A stretch of DNA of 64,000 bases from an uncultured Gammaproteobacteria bacterium. GTDB lineage: Bacteria > Patescibacteriota > Microgenomatia > UBA10105 > UBA927. This document shows positions 49,845 through 57,775 of the stretch, in pieces. Each line of letters opens with the position of its first letter. The first letter of the stretch is position 1. The notes beneath the pieces were generated by a model. That model made no database searches and was not told where the DNA came from. It was given only the letters and a program-made list of their open reading frames with translations. Location: assembly GCA_964527425.1 (NCBI GenBank), contig CAZGOA010000003.1:97048-161047 (forward strand). Direction: 5' to 3'. A program made the translations under genes and the position numbers.

Positions 49845-51569
49845 ATGCAGCAACCTGAACAGCAGATATATTACGGACCAGCTCACTTAAAAAATCTCTC
49901 AGCAATTGATACCAACAGAATCCCACAAGTTCCTGCAGATGAAGCAGAACCATTCAGACCCAATAGTATGTGTGAACTGTGTCCTGGGAAAAACTGCAAA
50001 GGGTGTAGTATCAGTCCAGATGGAATTAATTTTATTGGTAATATATTTAACTTAGATGAAGTACCTGTAGAGCATAGACTTGAAGTATCTATCGCATTAA
50101 CAAAAGGTGGTTTTAAAGATAAAGTGACTACGTGGAACGATCCGGACGACACATCAATTCCTCCACATATCAAAAGAAAACCTGTTGCCAATTTTGCATT
50201 TTATAAACCTGAGATTGATGCAACATTTAGTGGACAAATCGACAAACGTGGAGAAATTGCACTTGTAGTATTACAGGGAAACCAATTAGAGACAATCGTT
50301 CAAACAGCACCAAAGCTGATTCCTGAAAACCCAAAGATGTCTACAATGCCCAACCCTATTGCAACTACCGAGGAACCTTCAATAAACACTAGAGTTCACA
50401 CTCAAGATACTCCGACGCATTTCGTCGGCGGAATTGTTCAACAGCCAGAACTTCACCCTTCTGTTCAAGAAAGACCACAAGATTTACCGCTTCAAGAACA
50501 GGTACAATCACATCATTTGCAACAGGAACAGTCTCGTCCCGTTTTTACCTCAGAAGCCCGGCGAAAAGAAACAAATGTGTCATTGCACTCTACAATTCAG
50601 CCAAATCCTCAAGTAGAGAGAAACTTGCCTCTACAAGTATCAAGAGAGCAAACAAGAGAGAAAACAAGAATTCAATCGACTGAACTACTATTTATACCAC
50701 GAGAACAAGTTACTAACTGGATTACACCTCAGGAAAACGACTGGGAGTTAACAGTGCCAGATCAATACCAACCGCCAAAAAAAATCTCCCGTAAACGGTA
50801 CAGCAGAGAAACACCAGTGCGTCCCATCATTTCGAGAGAAACGCCAACAGATGAACCGCTCACTTCTACCCCTTTTGAAAAAATGATTCAAACTCATACA
50901 GAAGCAAAATATATGTTATTTGAGTTTCTTACAGAATTAACTCCACAACCATCAATAGATTCAAGCACTTCTACTGAAACACAACAAGTACCTAAAGAAT
51001 CAAATCAGTTTAAACCCACACTGGAGATTACAACCAGCAAGCCTCTGCAGCTTATTAAACAATTTTTAACAGCAAGTGGAGCGCAAGAGAAAACTATCTC
51101 AGGATATTTTACACCAGATACGAAACAGGAAGTTGTTATTATTGATTATATTCTCCCAATATCTGAACAAACATTAGACGCACAATCAATATCTACACCA
51201 GAACAAACAATTGCTTTACAATCAACATCTACTCCAGAACAAACTATAGTATTGCAACCTGAACCCAATTCTGAACAAATGATTATTAAAATAATGAACA
51301 AAAAAGATGGAGAGACAACAATCATACTCTCAGAAACGGCTGCAAAAACAATTATTAATCGCTTAAAAACATACGTTTCCTCTCAAGTTATATCAGAAGA
51401 TATTGAAATTGCTCCACAAGAAGATCATTCACGAATTGCCAATATCGTATCACCATATTCTGATACGTTCATTGGGTTTATCTTAATTTCCACAGTACTC
51501 TATATTAATCAGTTACTGGCAATGAATACTATCTTTGAAGAATTACCTATCAATTCAACGACAATTTAA
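49845..51569 (+). CDS. Hypothetical protein: N-terminal Cx2Cx4Cx2C, low-complexity Q/P/T middle, C-terminal hydrophobic segment
   Basis: 574-aa ORF; CELCPGKNCKGC. Confidence 0.65.
   Translation: MQQPEQQIYYGPAHLKNLSAIDTNRIPQVPADEAEPFRPNSMCELCPGKNCKGCSISPDGINFIGNIFNLDEVPVEHRLEVSIALTKGGFKDKVTTWNDPDDTSIPPHIKRKPVANFAFYKPEIDATFSGQIDKRGEIALVVLQGNQLETIVQTAPKLIPENPKMSTMPNPIATTEEPSINTRVHTQDTPTHFVGGIVQQPELHPSVQERPQDLPLQEQVQSHHLQQEQSRPVFTSEARRKETNVSLHSTIQPNPQVERNLPLQVSREQTREKTRIQSTELLFIPREQVTNWITPQENDWELTVPDQYQPPKKISRKRYSRETPVRPIISRETPTDEPLTSTPFEKMIQTHTEAKYMLFEFLTELTPQPSIDSSTSTETQQVPKESNQFKPTLEITTSKPLQLIKQFLTASGAQEKTISGYFTPDTKQEVVIIDYILPISEQTLDAQSISTPEQTIALQSTSTPEQTIVLQPEPNSEQMIIKIMNKKDGETTIILSETAAKTIINRLKTYVSSQVISEDIEIAPQEDHSRIANIVSPYSDTFIGFILISTVLYINQLLAMNTIFEELPINSTTI
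51163..51280 (+). repeat. Degenerate 36-nt intragenic tandem repeat
   Basis: SEQTLDAQSIST/PEQTIALQSTST/PEQTIVLQPEPN/SEQ. Confidence 0.7.
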
Positions 51570-51570
51570 A

Positions 51571-53055
51571 TTATAAAGTCTTGGCTTCTTCTAGTTCTAC
51601 CCAATATTGTGTTTCGTTATAAATATCCTCTGGATGTACCCGCTTCCAATCTAGCATTCTCAACATACTACTCGATGATGAAGTTACATCAAACACGGCT
51701 TTATTTTCATCATGAATAAGTAAAGTTCCACTTACAGTCCCCACAAATGGATACGATAACACTGCTAATTTTGTAGCATCTGAAGCAATACGACCCTCAA
51801 TATCTAAATACGTACTTAACATCATTCCCTCAACTGCTGATCCTTTTTTATGAACATAGACTGAAAAATTATCTTGAGGAAATCTATCTTTTATTATTTC
51901 CAACCAATATCTGGTTCTTTGATCTGACCTGTTGGTTCCCTGTGAAAGTTCTTTAACTGTTCGATAAGAAGAACTCAAGAGCACAATAAGAGCAAGTGCG
52001 ATTCCGATCCACTTTTGCTTCTGGATGACTCTGTATACTGCTGCTGTAGAAACAAGAAGTATGAGCGGGTGCATCGATACTAGATAACTAGAAAAAATTG
52101 GGGTACGAGTGTACCGTGCTATACCGATCATAATCCCCAAACTAACAATACATACTAGAACAAATTTCTTTTGAACACTTCCACTTCTTAAAAAAGGTGC
52201 TACTAAAAAACTGCCGATCATTAACATACCACCAAGTACCGCATTACCTCCGATAATATGTCCCCATTCTGCAGGCATAAAAACACTGATAAACGTTTTC
52301 CACCGTCTATTGAGTACTTCTAGAGAAATATTGTACTGATCATAAAGAATATAGTGCTTCATGTTTTGAAGATTCATAAAATCATGACGCAAATCGTAAA
52401 GCAGTATAGGAATAGTCGGGACAAAACATCCCAAACCTAAAGCAATCAGCCCTTTTAACCCAGAAAATCCGAATGCTACCATTGAAACCAATATTAACAC
52501 CACTAATGAAACTCCTTGTAAGTGAATCGTTGCACCCAAAGAAGCAAAAAAACCCATGAAAAACAAAAATCTCAATTGTTTTGTTTTACCATAAAAGAAA
52601 AGAGATAGTAATAAACATAGTGAAACAAGTGATAAAGGTGACTGGTTGGTTAGATTAACAGATTGGGCAATTTGAGCTGTTGAAACAGCCGTAAATAACC
52701 CTAACAAAAGGCCAAAAGACGTATTGATTAACTTATAGCCCAACCACATTAACCCCACGACAAACATGCCATAACAAATAGTTAAAAATATCCAGGGACT
52801 AATAAGAGAAGGAAGATAAAAGACCGACCCAATCATAATAAACCAATACCAAACGCCGCTTGTCTGAAATGGACCTGCAGAAGAAAATGGCCCAAGCAGC
52901 GGAATTTGCCTCGATTCGATTGCATACCGTGCAATCATGACATCATGTATTTGATCATAGGCTAGTCCCCATCTATCAGGATATCGATAAAATCGTAAAA
53001 AGAAGGCCAAAATTACAATACAAACTGCTGCGATAATTACAATATTCCGTTTCAT
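51571..53055 (-). CDS. ArnT/PMT-like (GT-C) glycosyltransferase
   Basis: LRFY...AYDQIHD...IPLLGP.SS motif, polytopic. Confidence 0.8.
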   Translation of the reverse strand: MKRNIVIIAAVCIVILAFFLRFYRYPDRWGLAYDQIHDVMIARYAIESRQIPLLGPFSSAGPFQTSGVWYWFIMIGSVFYLPSLISPWIFLTICYGMFVVGLMWLGYKLINTSFGLLLGLFTAVSTAQIAQSVNLTNQSPLSLVSLCLLLSLFFYGKTKQLRFLFFMGFFASLGATIHLQGVSLVVLILVSMVAFGFSGLKGLIALGLGCFVPTIPILLYDLRHDFMNLQNMKHYILYDQYNISLEVLNRRWKTFISVFMPAEWGHIIGGNAVLGGMLMIGSFLVAPFLRSGSVQKKFVLVCIVSLGIMIGIARYTRTPIFSSYLVSMHPLILLVSTAAVYRVIQKQKWIGIALALIVLLSSSYRTVKELSQGTNRSDQRTRYWLEIIKDRFPQDNFSVYVHKKGSAVEGMMLSTYLDIEGRIASDATKLAVLSYPFVGTVSGTLLIHDENKAVFDVTSSSSSMLRMLDWKRVHPEDIYNETQYWVELEEAKTL

Positions 53056-53108
53056 AAGAATTTATAAACTATATCAATTATCGTCTTTTTCCATAATCAA
53101 AGTAGTTT

Positions 53109-53594
53109 TTATGATAAGGATTTATAAAATCTGACTACCCAGGGAGAATATCCTAAGTCTACATAGAGTTCTTGTGCTTTTTTATTTTCGTTATCTACAT
53201 TATTGAGAATAATATGCTGACATCCTCGTTGTTTACACTCCGTTTCCAGCGCTTTCAATAAGGCACTTCCTATACCCTGTCCTCTGTATTCCATGCTGGT
53301 ATAAAGATCCCATGCTTCTGCGCGCTTTGTCCCTTGATAATATAACGTTTCTGATTCGTTATATGCATGTATTTCACCAATTACAAAACCAACCAGCAAA
53401 TTTTCTTCTTCTGCAACATAGACAATATACTCTTGATGCGTTGTTAGAAGGTTAAAGTAGTGCTCACCAATATCAGAATTAAAGGCAACGGGATATATTC
53501 TTTCTTGAACAACACACTCTTTTACATATTCAAGACAGATCGTAATAAACTGTTTTTTATCCGTTTTTTTAAGAAGTCGTATAGCAATATTCAT
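53109..53594 (-). CDS. GNAT family N-acetyltransferase
   Basis: YRGQGIGSALL, N..AQELY..LGY. Confidence 0.9.
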   Translation of the reverse strand: MNIAIRLLKKTDKKQFITICLEYVKECVVQERIYPVAFNSDIGEHYFNLLTTHQEYIVYVAEEENLLVGFVIGEIHAYNESETLYYQGTKRAEAWDLYTSMEYRGQGIGSALLKALETECKQRGCQHIILNNVDNENKKAQELYVDLGYSPWVVRFYKSLS

Positions 53595-53678
53595 AGCGGT
53601 AGTATATCAAAAGAAATAGTAGATATACCTCAGATATATTTGCTATTATGGGATTCTTATTTAGGAGTTTTTTAAAGG

Positions 53679-54263
53679 ATGAAGCGCAGGATCAGAAGAA
53701 TATTATTTTTCAGTCTATTTTTTTCTATAAGTATACCGTTATTTTTGTTCATTCCGTTTTTTCAATCAAGAGAACAGCCTGCAACACAAAAAGAATATTG
53801 GTTTATGCTGTATCGATCATCAAATAAAGAACTTCTCTATTATGGAATACCAGGAGAGCGAGAAAACAGCACGCTGATTAAACAATTTACTGTCAAAACA
53901 GGTGAACCAGGGGAAAAACCTACCCCTCTGCCTACTCTTCTCGGGAGAGAACATTGGAATATCGTCAATGCGTTTTCCACTCAAGACCATCCAGATACTG
54001 CACCATATTTTTTAACGCTCGATATACCACATTCTGATCAAGAACCATTTGGGCCTACACCCTATGAAGAATGTAATGGTCAATGCAATTGGGAACTCCC
54101 AGGTCCATTTGGACTTCATGGTGTAGCCTCTGATTCCTCAAAATTAACAAAAGATAATCCGGGTTCATCTGGTTGTATACGACATACTGATGAGGATATT
54201 TCATATTTATTTTCATTGCTGAACAATTCATGGCCAGTGCGTTACTATATACAAGACGCTTAA
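53679..54263 (+). CDS. L,D-transpeptidase (YkuD) family protein
   Basis: N-terminal TM, PTP..G, FGLHG, GSSGCIR. Confidence 0.85.
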   Translation: MKRRIRRILFFSLFFSISIPLFLFIPFFQSREQPATQKEYWFMLYRSSNKELLYYGIPGERENSTLIKQFTVKTGEPGEKPTPLPTLLGREHWNIVNAFSTQDHPDTAPYFLTLDIPHSDQEPFGPTPYEECNGQCNWELPGPFGLHGVASDSSKLTKDNPGSSGCIRHTDEDISYLFSLLNNSWPVRYYIQDA

Positions 54264-54264
54264 T

Positions 54265-55320
54265 ATGCATATTAAAATTATTGTCATCATTCTTATTGTA
54301 GGAGTGTTTCTTTCCGGAGTATTTTTTTACGTGGCTAAACGCACGTCATCAGCGATAGAAACCCCTGAAACAGTGCAGTCTGTCATACCCAGTATCACTC
54401 TACCGACCCCAACCCCTTTTCCTTTCCAAGAACTTACTATTCCCTATTTACGTACCAAGTCGTATGAGAGCTCTTTAGGTCCCCTAACGCTTCATAACCG
54501 CTACTCTGCATATACATCCTATTTAACCAGCTATACATCAGATGGATTAACCGTCAATGCTCAACTTACCAAGCCAACCACGCAACAACCAGAACAAGGA
54601 TTTCCAGCCATAATTTTCATTCATGGATACATCCCTCCAGCACAATATCAAACAACCTCAAATTACAATGCATATGTAGATTATTTAGCAAAAAACGGTT
54701 TTGTAGTATTTAAAATAGATCTAAGGGGACATGGTTCTTCTCAAGGTGAAGCAAGTGGCGCGTATTATTCTTCAGATTATATAAGTGATGTCCTTCATGC
54801 ATATTCCGCTCTCGAAAAAACAGATTTTGTAAATGCACAAGCAATAGGTCTCTGGGGTCATAGCATGGCAGGAAATGTTGCTATGAGAAGTATTGCGGCG
54901 AAACCAGCAATACCTGCAATCGTTATCTGGGCCGGGGCAGTATATACCTATACAGATTTAGCAGAGTATGGCATAGATGATAACAGTTATCGCCCTCCTT
55001 CAAATAACTCTCAAAGACAACAACGACGACAGGAACTGAATAATTTATATGGCCAACCATCTAAAGAAAGTTCCTTTTGGAAACAGGTTGCTCCGGTCAA
55101 TTATGTATCTGATATTCAGGGAGCTATACAAATCCATCATGCAGTAAATGATGATGTTGTCAGTATCAATTACAGCCGCAATCTTACTAACTTGCTAAAG
55201 CAAACATCTGTCACTCACGAATTGTATGAATATCAATCAGGAGGGCATAATATTCAAGGAGCAAGTTTTAATCAGGCGATGCAAAGAACAGTGGAGTTTT
55301 TCAAAAAACACCTGCGCTAA
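54265..55320 (+). CDS. Membrane-anchored alpha/beta hydrolase (peptidase S9-like)
   Basis: HGY, IDLRGHG, GHSMAG, DDVV, GGH. Confidence 0.88.
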   Translation: MHIKIIVIILIVGVFLSGVFFYVAKRTSSAIETPETVQSVIPSITLPTPTPFPFQELTIPYLRTKSYESSLGPLTLHNRYSAYTSYLTSYTSDGLTVNAQLTKPTTQQPEQGFPAIIFIHGYIPPAQYQTTSNYNAYVDYLAKNGFVVFKIDLRGHGSSQGEASGAYYSSDYISDVLHAYSALEKTDFVNAQAIGLWGHSMAGNVAMRSIAAKPAIPAIVIWAGAVYTYTDLAEYGIDDNSYRPPSNNSQRQQRRQELNNLYGQPSKESSFWKQVAPVNYVSDIQGAIQIHHAVNDDVVSINYSRNLTNLLKQTSVTHELYEYQSGGHNIQGASFNQAMQRTVEFFKKHLR

Positions 55321-55358
55321 TCTATTTGTTTGTCCATTAGAAACCTGATTTATTCTCA

Positions 55359-56099
55359 TTAGAGTCTAAACAAGCTCCCCACCAGATACGCAACGAATGC
55401 TGCCAAGCCTCCGAGTAATAACGATTCACTTAATGTACGAACTACAGATTGTCTGGTAACGCGAAATCGTAAATACCCCAATAATAATAATGCACAAACA
55501 GTAGAAGTTATAGAAAACCAAAGGATATATTGATGATCTGAATAGAATATATAGGGCAATAGGGGTATAACTCCAAACGAAATAAACGATATAAATGTTG
55601 CGACAGCCATTCGTTCCGGTTTTTCCCCTTCGGGATTTTTTAACCCTAATTCTTCCTGCATCATGAAATCAATCCAATATTTTTTATTCCCTGAAATAAT
55701 CGCAGTAAGCTGTCTTGCATGCTCCGGAGAAAATCCTTTTTGTTGAAATATTTCCTGCGTTTCCAGTATTTCAGACTCAATGTTTTGTTCAACTTCTTTT
55801 TTTTCAATTCCCTCTTCGTTTTTATAAACATCATGCTCAGACCGGGTGGCTAGAAAATTACCCAACCCCATAGAAACCCCATCAGCAAATAAATTTGCAA
55901 AACCAAAAATAAGAACTGTTAACACAGGAAGACTCCCCATCATAGACTGTTCGGCCCCGGCAAATCCTGCAACTACCGCAAATGTTGTAATGATCCCATC
56001 TGTTCCTCCATAGACAATCTCACGAAGATATAAAGAAAACGGTGAAATATTATGCTGTTCTTTTAAATGCAGTGTTAAATTTTTAGAAATGTGAGGCAT
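55359..56099 (-). CDS. VIT1/CCC1 family Fe/Mn transporter
   Basis: VYGGTDGIITTF, ADGVSMGLG, MMQEELG, FGVIPLLPY. Confidence 0.93.
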   Translation of the reverse strand: MPHISKNLTLHLKEQHNISPFSLYLREIVYGGTDGIITTFAVVAGFAGAEQSMMGSLPVLTVLIFGFANLFADGVSMGLGNFLATRSEHDVYKNEEGIEKKEVEQNIESEILETQEIFQQKGFSPEHARQLTAIISGNKKYWIDFMMQEELGLKNPEGEKPERMAVATFISFISFGVIPLLPYIFYSDHQYILWFSITSTVCALLLLGYLRFRVTRQSVVRTLSESLLLGGLAAFVAYLVGSLFRL

Positions 56100-56128
56100 G
56101 TATTTATCTTACTGCATAAGTATACTTT

Positions 56129-56653
56129 TTATTGTGATCTTCGTAACTTAGTAACATGATGTATTCCGCGTGTCCAATTAGGATTCAGCCTCCGCAGGAA
56201 AATAAGATCATCTATGATATCAAAAAGATAGTGAACCACGCCTGCTCCCATAAACACTAAAGCCCCAAAGTTATCTATTTGATATGCGACAACACAAATG
56301 CATAAAAAAACGACGGGCGTTAAAATATGATGAAACGGTAAATATGTCTCATGCTTGTGATTTTTTTCGAAAAATCGAATCAGTTGAACAATCTGTTTTT
56401 TTCGAAGATATGTAATGACTGTCTTTGTATACATTGAATTTCTTTTTCTAATAAATAAATAGATAATATGCTCTAAATCCGGAGCGAGTGTTCCTGCAAT
56501 TGCTAACAAAATATGATAACTACTTACTGTAAATGACGTCATTGATGATAAAACGACTAACCACAACATTCCCAACAATATATGAATCCATTCATGTTTA
56601 CCATGCCAAAAAAAAGTGAGAGTAAATAAACTAACTTTGCGCGCAGTCTTCAT
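56129..56653 (-). CDS. Membrane-bound metal-dependent hydrolase-like protein
   Basis: H...H, PDLEH, PFHH, HYLFD. Confidence 0.65.
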   Translation of the reverse strand: MKTARKVSLFTLTFFWHGKHEWIHILLGMLWLVVLSSMTSFTVSSYHILLAIAGTLAPDLEHIIYLFIRKRNSMYTKTVITYLRKKQIVQLIRFFEKNHKHETYLPFHHILTPVVFLCICVVAYQIDNFGALVFMGAGVVHYLFDIIDDLIFLRRLNPNWTRGIHHVTKLRRSQ

Positions 56654-56696
56654 ATATACTCTTTATTACGTTACTAAAATACGAAGAATGAAGCAA

Positions 56697-57584
56697 CTAA
56701 CTATCCAGTTTAAGTTTTTTTAGATATTGCTTAAATTCACCATTTAATTCTTTGTGTTTTAGCGCAAATTCAACTACGGTTTTTAAATATTCTAATTTAT
56801 TACCAGTGTCATAGTAGGTGCCATTTTCTATTTCACACGCATAGACAGGTCGTTTCTTCATCAGTTCTCTAATAGCATCTGTTAGCCAGATTTCATCGCT
56901 CTTTCCCGGCTTTAAAGTATCTAATATCGGAAAAATATCTGGCGTTAAAACATAACATCCATGAGCCGCCAGATTTGAAGGGGCCTCATCTGTTGATGGC
57001 TTTTCAACCAGACTTTTGATCTGCCATGTGGTTCTTTCAACATTAAGGGCATCTACTATTCCATACCGTGAGACATCATCATGCGGAACACGCACTGCAG
57101 ATATAACAGGATCACCATACTTTTCAAACACCTCAATACATTGCTTTGTTCTTGGCGGATCAGAATATATAAATTCATCGCCCCAAATCACTACAAACGG
57201 TTCATCACCAATAATTTGCTTTGCACATCGAACCGGCGTTCCGTTGCCGTATGGACCCTTTTGACGTATGTAAATAAAATTTGCCAGATCAGAAATATGT
57301 TCGATCTCATGCAGAAGTGGAAGCTTTTTGGGCCCCCCCATTCGAAGATTCTCGATTAACTCCATGCTTGGTCTATCAAAATGATCCTCAATTGTTCGTT
57401 TGTGATATCCCGTGACAATAATTATGTCAGTGATTCCCGACTCAACTAATTCTTCCACCACATATTGAATAATAGGTTTATCAACAATCGGAAGCATTTC
57501 CTTTGGCATCGCTTTAGTTTGAGGTAAAAATCTGGTACCAAACCCTGCAGCAGGAATAACTGCCTTTCTAATTTTTTGACCCAT
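56697..57584 (-). CDS. galU: UTP--glucose-1-phosphate uridylyltransferase
   Basis: KAVIPAAGFGTRFLP.TK..PKEMLP, VEKP, EI.LTDA. Confidence 0.95.
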   Translation of the reverse strand: MGQKIRKAVIPAAGFGTRFLPQTKAMPKEMLPIVDKPIIQYVVEELVESGITDIIIVTGYHKRTIEDHFDRPSMELIENLRMGGPKKLPLLHEIEHISDLANFIYIRQKGPYGNGTPVRCAKQIIGDEPFVVIWGDEFIYSDPPRTKQCIEVFEKYGDPVISAVRVPHDDVSRYGIVDALNVERTTWQIKSLVEKPSTDEAPSNLAAHGCYVLTPDIFPILDTLKPGKSDEIWLTDAIRELMKKRPVYACEIENGTYYDTGNKLEYLKTVVEFALKHKELNGEFKQYLKKLKLDS

Positions 57585-57654
57585 ATGCATGGATTGTATC
57601 TACAGACGAGAAAGAATGTCAACGAAAACAATCAATTTTTTTCAATCGTTTCTT

Positions 57655-57694
57655 CCGATCCGGGAGCGGATGAGGCTACCGATCCGGGAGCGGA
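57655..57694. repeat. GC-rich 16-bp direct repeat, two copies, period 24
   Basis: CCGATCCGGGAGCGGA at 57655-57670 and 57679-57694. Confidence 0.85.
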
Positions 57695-57775
57695 AATACT
57701 AGAGGCTGTGCTACCTGTTGTGAAATTATTGTCTTGTCTATATCCTACAGGTATAATTTGGTATTATTAGTGCAC

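Noticed and set aside
57655-57694. CRISPR array
   Set aside because: Only two 16-bp copies with an 8-bp gap, and no cas genes.
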